In this document: positions 53,836 to 64,000 of the stretch, one piece after another | Position numbering within the stretch: position 1 is the stretch's first letter | Layout: each line of letters opens with the position of its first letter | NCBI GenBank assembly: GCA_964016885.1 | Contig: OZ024740.1 | Coordinates: 334,738,001 to 334,802,000 of the forward strand | Reading direction: 5' to 3' | From: Eledone cirrhosa | Lineage: Eukaryota | DNA length: 64,000 nt | Translations under genes and position numbers: made by a program | The notes under the pieces: model-generated | The model's input: the letters and a program-made list of their open reading frames with translations, nothing else | What the model was told of the DNA's origin: nothing | Database searches by the model: none

Positions 53836-53940
53836 GGGGTTAACTTTGCCTTTCATCCTTACGGGGTCGATAAAATAAAAGTATCAGTAATGCACTGGGT
53901 AATTGTTGGCCTTATGCCATATGTATAAACAATTATTATT
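53836..53940 (+). mobile_element. 5'-truncated family A SINE whose (TTA)n tail abuts the R4/Dong 3' end
   Basis: GGTTAACTTTGCCTTTCATCCTTACGGGGTCGATAAAAT..GGCCTTATGCC..AAACAATTATTATT. Confidence 0.85.
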
Positions 53941-53962
53941 ACTATTATTATTATTGTTATTA

Positions 53963-56900
53963 CTGTTTGAGTCTCAGTCATTGATGTTAGTTATCTGGAA
54001 AGTTTGTTGAAATGAATATCAAGCCACTACCTGCAGCCTCAGATATTCAGGACGTATCGGAGGGTTCTTGCTGTTCCAAGCAAGCATGCCTTTTGAAGCG
54101 TTCCAAAAAGCGTGAAGGGGCCAATTTTCTTTAACCATCCCTGGAAACTTTTTGAGATAGTCCCTAGTGCGCCTATGACAATCGGGAACACTTTGACTTC
54201 ATGGCAGTTCAAAATCCTTTTTACCTCCCACTTTAAGTCCTGGTATCGGTTAATTTTCTCCCTCTCCTTCTCTTGCACTCTCGTGTCGAATGGGCAGGCC
54301 ACATCCACAATCAGGCACGATCTTTTTTCTTTGTTCACAACCACCAGGTCAGGTCTATTGTGTTCCAGTTCCTTGTCCGTCTGTATCCTAAAATCCCACA
54401 GCACCTTCACCTGATCGTTTCTATCACCGCCTCTGGCTTATGCTCATACCACTTCTCAGAATGTGGTAAATTGTTTACTTTGCATAGGTGCCAGTGGATC
54501 ACCCTGCCCATCACATCATGTCTCCAGCCCTTATAGTGAGTCTGGGCTAGGTGTTTACACTCGGATACAATGTGAGCCACAGTCTCCTCTCTCTATCTCC
54601 ACAGATCCTGCACAGTGGGCTAGCCTCCTCCTTGTAAATATGGTGTTTCAACCACTTCGTTTTGAGGGCCTGATCCTGCGCAGCCATTAACATTCCTTCT
54701 GTAGCCTTTTTAAGGTCTCCTCTTTTCAACCAGTTCCATGTCTGTGGATCTCTAAATTCAGTTTTCTCAAAGAAGGTACTATGAAGGGATTTTTCCTGAA
54801 GGCTGCTCTTTCTCCTTGATGTTATTTCCTCATTGGACATGCCCTGGCCTATTGTCCCCTCCTTCAGTACAGTTCTGAGCATTGGCTCCTTACTATCAGT
54901 CACGTATTTGTGTAGGTTGTTTTTCTCCATCTGAACACAGTCCTCTATGCTGATAAGACCTCTTCCACCTTCATATCTCCTTAAGTAGAGTCTATCGACA
55001 TCACTCCTCTTGTGGAACATGTTGTAGATAGTCAATAGCTTCCTAGACTTCCTATCCATTTCTTTTTGTTCAGCAACATTCCATCTCAGAATTCCCGCAC
55101 TGTACCTAATAATAGATACAGCTCGGGAATTTACTGCACTTATGGCATTCCTACTGTTCAGATGTGACTTTAATACGCTCCTTACTCTCCGAAGGTATTC
55201 AGTTTTTATCAATTCCTTCATTTTTTTGTTCTTCATGTTATTAGCCTCCAGAACGCCCAAATACTTGTATCCTTCTTCAGAGTCAATTTGCTTTATCATC
55301 TCACCTGCTGGTACCTGGATTCCGTTACTTCTGCTCAACTTACCCCTCTTCCTCACAATGACTCCACACTTACTAATACCAAATTGCATACATATATCAT
55401 TGCTGAAAATACGGACAGTGTCAACAAGCACATCCAACTCCTTCTCACTCTTCCCGAAGAGCTTAAGATCGTCCATGAAGAGGAGGTGAATCATGGTAAG
55501 CCCTCCCTTTCCCAACCTGTATCCTGCTCTCACTTTTCGCAGTACACTGGTCAGGGGCATCAGGGCAAGGACAAACAACAGAGGGGACAGACTATCTCCC
55601 TGGAAGTTACCTCTCTTGATCTTCACGCTTCACAAGGATTCTCCAGTTGATGTTAACTCTGTTTCCCAGGACTTCATACTTTTGCCCAACAACTGTCTGA
55701 TGTTATCTGCCACATTTAATATCTCCAGGCTTTTGGTGATCCAAGAATGAGGCACCATGTCAAATGCCTTTTTGTAGTGTATCCATCCCATGGCAAGACC
55801 AGTGTGTCTCCTCTTGTAATTCCTCATTACCATCTTATCAATAAGTAACTGGTCCTTTGTACAACGTGACTTCTTTCGGCATCCTTTCTGTTCGTCCGGT
55901 AACAAGTTGTTTGTGTGGAGGTGATGGTAGATTTCCTCAGACATAATGCTTGTCAACAGTTTCCACATTACGGACAGACATGTGATAGGTCTATAGTTGG
56001 TAACATCATTACCCTTGATTCGGTCTTTCATTATCAGAACTGTGGTACCTTTTGTCAACCACTCTGGTACCTCACCTGACATCAAGCAGTCATTGAACAT
56101 GGTTGTCAGTTTCGGGTGGAGGGATGTTATATTTTTAATCCAATACCCTTGCACACCATCTGGGCCTGGTGATTTCCAGTTGGTTAGTTTTTTGGCCTGC
56201 CCCTTATGAGTTTCAACTGTGATACTCAAATCAGTTTGTTGGTGTGCCTGTTCACTAATCTCCTTCTGTACTGTCTCAATCCACACTGCCTGGTCATTAT
56301 GTTTAACATCCTGCTCCCATATTCCTCTCCAGAATGTTTTAGTTTGTTCCGCCTCAGGGATCAAGTCGGTGCCTCTTTCTTTCCCTTCAAGCTGTCCAAA
56401 CAGCATCTTCTGGTTGTTGTCGAACATGTGGTTCTGTCTATACTGACTGACTCTGTTCTCGTATCGCCTGATTTTTGCACTCTTTGCTACAATGCGTTGC
56501 TTCAGTTCCTCTATGATAATATTTAGCTTTTTCCTCCTAGTTTTGTACTTTATTTCCAGTCTATTTTTAGTGTCTATGTTTTTTAGTTTCCCATTCAGTA
56601 GGGACTCAAGCTTTCCAATGTAATTTCTCATTTCCCCGATTTGACCACTCAGTCGTTTCTTCCACCAAGGCTCTGCTCTTTCTTGTCTGTTGTTTCCTCT
56701 CGATTTTATACCAAGTAATTTCCTCACCGTATTTGCTGTTGCTTTGAGGATATTGTTGCACTGGCGAAGGCTCCTCGCCTCAAGGTATGGGATGACTTTG
56801 TTTACCTTAGTTGATGTTTCTTTTAACTTTTTCCTGTCTACAAATCTTAGGTTCATAGGTCTCCCACTATCATTGTTCAATTCATCTACCACTAAGTTTA

Positions 56901-57541
56901 GGATATCAACCAAATCTTGTCCTAGCCCGTCAGCATTCATCTCCTCAGTGGCCGTATCTCTGTTCCAGGTATTATTTATCTCAGCATTCAGATCATTGTC
57001 TGCTTCGGGTGGTTCCTCCGTTCTCTCGACCTATTTACCTTCATTTCCCACTGGCTCGTTTGCCTGGCATACTCCACTCTCCATCTCCAAGCTAATCTCT
57101 CGCTTACCCACCCATTAGTTCTTATTACCCGAGCCTGCCCGGCCAGTTTTTGTTCATCTAATTTAAATAGGCCAATCTCGTTCCAGATGTTATGCATCCA
57201 TTTCCTATAGCCTTTCTCCTTGGGGTTACTCTTCAGGTAACATTGCATAACAGTTCTATTCAATTCTTTCGTCCAGTTGGTTCTGGTCCCTTTCCTTCTT
57301 CTTCTTCCTCCGACACCAGCAGTATTTGGTTGACAGCCAGGACCCTGCTGCTGAGCCAGGGAGTACCTGTTGGGTGAGAGTCTGTCACATGACATTCTAG
57401 CCTCCATTTCACCGTTATTCGAACTGTTTAGGTTCGACATTTAAACACTCTTATCGAGGATTGGTGAATGTATGGTTACATAACCACCGGTGATTTCATC
57501 ACCTCCGGTGGTTTCGTCACTCCACGGGATTTTTGTGTGGC
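53963..57541 (-). mobile_element. Full-length R4/Dong-clade non-LTR retrotransposon (RLE type)
   Basis: A single long disrupted ORF carries RT, CCHC and RLE domains. A short 3'UTR ends in a (TAA)-like tract. There is a ~100-nt 5'UTR, and residual TAAT lies at the putative 5' junction. Confidence 0.9.
54039..57440 (-). pseudogene. Disrupted R4/Dong polyprotein: RT + CCHC zinc knuckle + restriction-like endonuclease
   Basis: NWKSPGPDG, NYRPITCL, EQKGC, KKAFDMVPH, FQGDSLSP, LFMDDL, YKYLG, EGGRGL, CRICG and VLWDF..RPDLVV..IVDVACP..EK..RYQDL..IVIGALG. There is an in-frame stop at 55630-55632 and frameshifts near 57100 and 54420-54590. Confidence 0.92.
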
Positions 57542-57827
57542 ATTATCACGCTGTAGTAGAACATAAATAAACAAACAAACAAACAGGCAAAAAAACCCCC
57601 AAAAATGAATAAGCATAAGTTTCATTGTAATGTAGTGTTTGAATGTCTGACTTAGTTTTTCCCTTCCCTTCTCTGTCCGACTGTTTGTTTTCTTTACGTT
57701 TTTCGTTGTTGCTGTGCTGCTTTGATTTTGATTTTTGTTTTTTTGATTTTGACCCGGTCATCAATTCAGTCTATTTATATATTTTGATGCCTTCCTCTTT
57801 TAGTGGGGATTCTACGATGTAGCAGGG

Positions 57828-57965
57828 GGTAGCGGGAGAGAATAGCGGCGGTAGTGATAATGAGGCAGTGGTGGTGGCGGTGCTGTGCTAGCAGCAACTA
57901 GGAGGAGGTAGTGGGAGAGAATAGCGAATAGCGGCGGTAGCGATAATGAGGCAGTGGTGGTGGTG
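57828..57965. repeat. Direct duplication of a ~50-bp G-rich unit
   Basis: GGGAGAGAATAGCG..GCGGTAGyGATAATGAGGCAGTGGTGGTGG occurs twice (about 57834 and 57913). Confidence 0.8.
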
Positions 57966-58494
57966 ATGTGATCGTAGTACTGTAGTAATGGTGTTGAAGT
58001 TGGAGTAGAAATAGCGATTGAGTCGACTTGACCAGAGTTTTCATCGTGGTAGTGGTGGTGGTGTTGGTGGTGAAATTATCTTTAGTTATTTATTCATTTT
58101 GTCATTTTTCTCCTTTTCGACTCTAACATTCCTGATGCAAAATTAAATATTAATCTTGTTTATTAATATTGTCTAGTGATACGGCCACCTTCCCCTTTCG
58201 TAAGTTAACAGAAGGTAATGGAGGGATAGCGGTGGTAGCAATGAAGGAGTGGTGGCGGCGGTGATGGGATAGTGGTAGTAATGATGGATGGGTGGCGGCG
58301 GCGGTGACTGTAGTGATGGCGTTGTCGTTACTGAGTTTTGTTGAATAGACTGTATTTTTGTTTGATCGGTGAATATATGGGGTTAGTCGCTTATATGTGT
58401 TAACATATTAACTTAATATTGGAATTAAACATTTTGTTAAAACTTGAGACAATAATAATAGTAATTATTATTATTATGCTGAGATTGGTGGTGG

Positions 58495-58632
58495 TGATGG
58501 TGAAATTGCCGTTATATGGCTGTTGTATTTAGTGTACACAGAGGGGTGATGGGGTGATGGGGTGTATCTAGTTTCTGGTGTTGGTGAAATTGCTGTTATT
58601 TGGCTGTTCTATATAGTGTAGACAGAGGGGGT
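58495..58632. repeat. Direct duplication of a ~50-bp unit
   Basis: GGTGAAATTGCyGTTATwTGGCTGTTsTATwTAGTGTAsACAGAGGGG occurs twice. Confidence 0.8.
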
Positions 58633-58867
58633 TTTCTTCCATTTATAACCATTTTCTTTTTTTAATATAAAATGTATAATACAAAATTGAATATTTGAGC
58701 GATATAACAATATATTATGGATCCGAATTTTCTGAGACTTAAGCCGGATGCTTTATGTATCATTTGCACTAAGAATTGTTATTTCACAATTGATTTAAAT
58801 ATGTTAAAAATCAAAACTTACGGGAGCGATTTCCCGACCTTCTATCCACCATGTGCGGCTTCTTCCC

Positions 58868-58923
<56 letters not shown>

Positions 58924-58925
58924 TA

Positions 58926-59291
58926 TGGAAAAATAAATTCCCATTAACATTACAAGGGGTCTGACGAGCCGCAGATTACAGATTCGGGTCAGATCGATAC
59001 AGATCGAACCTTGATCTGATCAGTGGCGAAACGCGCGTCACCAACCAATAAACGTAATGAACGAGTAACCAATCGTCCTTGTTATCTTATTTCACTATAA
59101 AAAAAACTCTGTCTAGCCCTACACCACGACACTGAAGTGAACCTAGACATCGAGTACTCACCCTGGTAAACTTACAGTAACGCCGACTTCCACTCCCCGG
59201 TTATACTTTTTTCCTATTTCACACTCTACTGCCCTAAGTATTGAGTATTCTGGCGCGTTATGGTCCATCTGGTTCCTTACCACAATTCCTT

Positions 59292-59297
<6 letters not shown>
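58926..59297 (+). mobile_element. pLTR-like element with hammerhead, between (TTA)n and (TA)n
   Basis: The HHR near the 5' end is followed by AATAAA. The 3' terminal ~95 nt are shared with the 8003 and 51635 elements. Confidence 0.8.
58958..59042 (+). ncRNA. Type I hammerhead ribozyme with palindromic stem III and extended stem II
   Basis: ggt-CTGACGA-gccgc..gtcagatc..gatctgat..gtggc-GAAAC-gcgc-GTC-acc, then AATAAA. The core is intact, the triplet is GUC and stem III is ACGCGCGT. Confidence 0.88.
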
Positions 59298-59345
<48 letters not shown>

Positions 59346-59395
59346 TACCATATTACCCGAAAATGGGTTCATAGAAAAGAATTATTTAATCTTAA

Positions 59396-59575
59396 TAATT
59401 GTTTCTACGTTTTGGCACAAGGCCAGCTATTACCCAGTACATTACTGGTAGTTTATTTTATCGACCCCGTAAGGATGAAAGGCAAAGTTAACCTCGACGG
59501 GATTTGAACTCAGACCATAAAGGGACGTAACTATGCTGGAAAGCATGGCGTCCGACCCTCTACCGATACTGCCAA
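59396..59575 (-). mobile_element. Family A SINE
   Basis: Near-consensus copy. Confidence 0.92.
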
Positions 59576-60036
59576 TAATAATGCCATCATTACAAATTTC
59601 TATGTAATCGTGCTCTTATCTTTGAGGTTTCCTGAACCCTCTTCCTGTTTATCTCCGATTATAATTTTGCATGAAATTTACATTCAACCAGTTACAATTA
59701 TTTTCTTCTACATTGTTCATTACCATCATCAACCATACATTAAATTGAGATAATTGTGTTTGGTTATTGATATTGATTCTCCTTCCCAAGGATATATACA
59801 TTGGATGATATAGATAAGTATACAGGTATATAGGTAGATATATAGCTGGACATGTAGAGGAAGTGAGATATAGACACATATACACTTAGGTAAGTAACAA
59901 GTTACCTCCTTGACAGTAGTGCGTAGAAGAGTAAAACAATGGGAAGAAAATATTAAAGAACAAACATGTTCAAATTACCAAAAATATCTAGCACAAAGCA
60001 AGCGTCACTTGAATCATGTGATATATATATATATTG

Positions 60037-60061
<25 letters not shown>

Positions 60062-60067
<6 letters not shown>

Positions 60068-60408
60068 AGGTTATTATTTCTAGCCGGTCCACTCACGGTA
60101 CTTTGGACGTCTCGCGCACGACGTGAAATATTCACTAGTCTAGCTTCTAGTCTGAGGTGTTTGTCACATTTGATCTTTTCTCTCGCTGATGATGCCTACG
60201 GATTATCTGTTAGAACACACAATTCTCAGGGCGAAACAGATTAAATCTCTAATCTGTCCGGGAGATAAATAGTTATTGAAACGGTCAGTACATTTTACAC
60301 CTTATCCTGTATTTTCCGTTTGCTTCGGGTTAAATCTGTAAAACCAACGTGGTATCTTTACCCTCGTAATTTTAAAAACACACAATTTACTGTGGTTATT
60401 ACTACATG
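60062..60408 (+). mobile_element. TA-flanked non-coding element with hammerhead
   Basis: (TA)n on both sides; homologous to 51983-52440. Confidence 0.8.
60179..60265 (+). ncRNA. Type I hammerhead ribozyme
   Basis: tctctcg-CTGATGA-t-gcct...gggc-GAAAC-agatta-aatctc-taatct-GTC-cgggaga. Stem I is 7 bp, stem II 4 bp, stem III 8 bp, and the triplet is GUC. Confidence 0.88.
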
Positions 60409-60456
<48 letters not shown>

Positions 60457-60769
60457 AAATTTCGCTCAAACATGGCTGAATACAATAAATGTAATCTGAG
60501 TTTTTCGAATATTAATAATAACATTCGATTCGTTTGCAATTATGCAAACAACCCTCAATTTTATAGCCATGTCAGTAGAATGAACACTTCATTCTTGTTC
60601 TTATGTTGGCATGCGAACAGAACTGCACACACTAATGTTTCTGGGTATCAACCTTCATCAGTGCAGCTCACTGTTCACCTGCTAAACTGTCAGAGCTAGT
60701 GAAAATATATGCTATTTTCAAATATACACAGTGACTGATCGGCCCATACATGTTTATACATGTATATAC

Positions 60770-62185
60770 ATTTGATTCCTCTTATGCTTAGTCTCCGTCT
60801 TAATTCGTTTATGCTTCGCCTTTCGCGCACATTACTCTTACTCATCCATCGGAGCCTGCATGCTTCATTTCTTTCTAATCTACGCAGTTCTTCAATACAC
60901 AATGTTCAAGTCTCACTACCATGTAAAATTCGCCGTTCGTATACATGCATCCTACAATCTGCATTTCATTTTTAGAGAAAAACTCCTTGTGGCCAACAGC
61001 GGTATTAGCCCTCTGAACTTTTTCCATCCCGCTCTAACTCACGCTACTACACTTTCAGAGCACCCTCCTCCACTACTGATTTTGTCACCCAGGTAACGCA
61101 AGGTGTCTACTATTTCTATAGAACCATCTGGGCAGTTGAAGGAGATATCATCCAATGGGTCATTGCTACTTACAGCACATGAGCATCGGCCACATATAAA
61201 ATCTACATTCTTAGATGGCTTACTTCTGATCCCACTACATCTTTTATGTACCCATAGTTTGCATTTGGGAAATATAATGGAGTTTCTGCCTACTCCTTTC
61301 TTACACACTGACCAGAGAGTACCTGTGTCCTATTCTCCTTTCTACATATTAGAACCTTAATATCAGACAAGTTGACTATAAGTTCTTTTAAATCAAGGCT
61401 ACGCTTCCGTGTTTGGAACTTTGTCTCTAGTTCAGCCATGGATTCAGCTATGACAGTTAGATCATCTGCATATAGAAGTTCCAATGGGCAGCCAGTCTTA
61501 AACTCTTCTGTTATAGCCTGAAGGACAATAATAAACAGGAGGCGGCTAAGTTCGGAGCCCTGGTGAATCCTTACTATTACGCTAAATTCAGCACTATATT
61601 CATCGTTAATTCTAACCTTGCTGACTGTTTACTATCCGGGTGACCATAGTATGTCCCACCATTCCAGATACCTTCAATATTTCAGCGACTATCGCCTAAG
61701 GTCCTTGCCTGTCTTCATATTTTTGATTGATTTACTTACTACACTACCATTAACTTGCACAGCTGATCCTGCTATTGGATCGATGTGGGGCAGACAATCT
61801 TTATTCCATTCATTCTCCAGATTCAGTAGTCTCTCGTAGTGACACTTCCAAGATATTTTCTTATCATCGTCAGTGAGGGCAAGTACACCATCGTCATTAT
61901 GGGCACACCTCTCCCCTAAATATCACAGTTCTCCTTGACACAATGCCTCGCAATCCTGAATATCTCACGTCTTTGCCCCCCCCCCCCCCCCCCGTTGTAG
62001 AATATGCTTACTATCCTCTGCTTCCCTCTTTGCAAGGTATACTTGTTGTCTAGCTTCTCTGCTGGCTACCCGATAGAGTTTTCTACTAAACCCGTCCTGC
62101 CATTCTTTCCACGCCTGCTTTTTGGCCTTGATGGACTCCACCACCTTACTGTTCCACCACCTTGTCACTCTCCTCCTGCCTAACA
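60770..62185 (-). mobile_element. RTE-clade LINE fragment with Cys/His (PHD-like) insertion in RT
   Basis: TRWWN..AKKQAWKEW, ELLYADDL, CKKGVGRNSI..CKLWVHKRCSG..FICGRC, LRYLGD and LERNE..LRWM; frameshifted and internally deleted. Confidence 0.85.
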
Positions 62186-62511
62186 GTTTGCTCCAGCCAT
62201 AGATTATATATATATACGTATTCTATTCCTTATGCATATACAGCATATTTATTACATGACTTCAATGATGATGGATGTAATTATATATTAGGTATATACG
62301 TGTTTCTGATACACGCTTGATTTCACCGTAAAACCTGAAATCTGATGGTCTGCACTTTCTAAGCGTTTAATTTCTCATCTTAAAGTGTTGCTTTACATAT
62401 TGTTTACATTACATTTTGATAACACTATCCGTACCAAACGCATACTTACATCGTCACTGATGTATATACAGACACAGTTTCACACACAGTCACAGTTAGA
62501 GTTATACAAAC

Positions 62512-62987
<476 letters not shown>

Positions 62988-64000
62988 TATATATATATAT
63001 TTATATAACGTAAATATAATATAAATTCATGCATGCATTTATATTTCCCCACACACATATATAATGGTTTCTAATTTTGATACGAGGTTAGCAATTTTGG
63101 AGGAATTTCGTTATCAACTCCAGTACTTGACATCTCAAAAGAATGAAACGCAAATTTGTGATTTTGAAATTTGAATGTAGAGGACTGTATTGAAATATTT
63201 CATCCGACATATTAAAAATTCTGCCATCCACCACACTCTCTTTACATATATAAACAGAAATTGTACAAAGTACTCGCAGCATGTTTATGTTCACAGACTA
63301 GCTAGCCGCTTATTTATTACCCTATTACTATCTATCTTTCTATATACAATGAATACAATGAAATAAGTGAAAGATACAAAACATATTTCTCTGAATACAT
63401 TAATCTTGTTTATTTATAGAAAAACTCTTGCTATATCTAATACTCATTAAGAAAAATAAATATTGACTGCAAGATTTTTTAGTGCTTTCAAGTCAAAGAA
63501 AAAAGAATAACTGCCAAAATTAGATTTCCTTTTAATAACAACACAAACGAAAAGAAACCAACATTAATGCAGACAAAACTGGAGCAAAAATCTCTATTGC
63601 CGACTCCAAATATTGAAAAAAATAATAGTTATTTTCACTGATTCTTTCGTGCATTACATTACTTCTCATAGCCGATGCGACAAAAAGTCGAATCTGACAT
63701 CAAATCATTAATGAAAGCAATGAGTTGCTTTCCCTTTAATTAAATGTTCGATTGCTACTTTAGACTAGATGATTGCAATACAATGATAAAGATTTTACAC
63801 TAAGAATATAATGGATAATGTATATATATGTAATGTATTCCTCCCACGGTGAAGTTAATAAAACTGCTCGGAAGATAAATATCCATCGTATTTCCATTAA
63901 TACATTTGCAAGATAGATTTATATTCGTTTTTTCCTCGCCATTTCTTCGATCTGTATTCATGATTTTTTTTAACCATTTTATTTTATTTCGATGCGGTCA

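Noticed and set aside
54112-57377. Plus-strand ORFs overlapping the R4 element
   Set aside because: These are antisense shadows of the retrotransposon ORF with no independent motifs.
57495-57520. Hammerhead in the R4 5'UTR (GTGACGAAAC / GTGATGAAAT)
   Set aside because: There is no CTGAnGA core, no stem II between the core halves and no NUH/stem III arrangement.

Overview
AT-rich, microsatellite-dense eukaryotic (metazoan) DNA. The SINE families and repeat style suggest a cephalopod such as Octopus; that is an inference, not proven. Almost all ORFs in the supplied track are microsatellite or antisense noise. Supported content: (1) a full-length but disrupted ~3.6 kb R4/Dong-clade non-LTR retrotransposon (RT, CCHC and restriction-like endonuclease) at about 53963-57541 (-), inserted in a TAA/TTA tract; (2) several decayed RTE-like and other LINE fragments; (3) many copies of a tRNA-derived SINE, often stacked head-to-tail; (4) a probable terminal coding exon of a minus-strand host gene (31883-31954, ending ...YQTEI*), with weaker alternative-exon candidates upstream. 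The main unexplained signal is a set of short non-coding elements from several unrelated sequence families that sit almost exclusively inside (TA)n tracts. Many carry type I hammerhead ribozyme (HHR) motifs: near-intact at 40190, 42896, 52205, 58958 and 60179, and degenerate at about 7 more sites. Many also form fold-back inverted repeats whose turn lies at or near the ribozyme core and whose short arm ends at an internal TA. This resembles Penelope-like element pLTRs or retrozymes, but no Penelope RT/GIY-YIG ORF is visible in the window. All RNA structures were derived by eye and coordinates may be off by a few bases.
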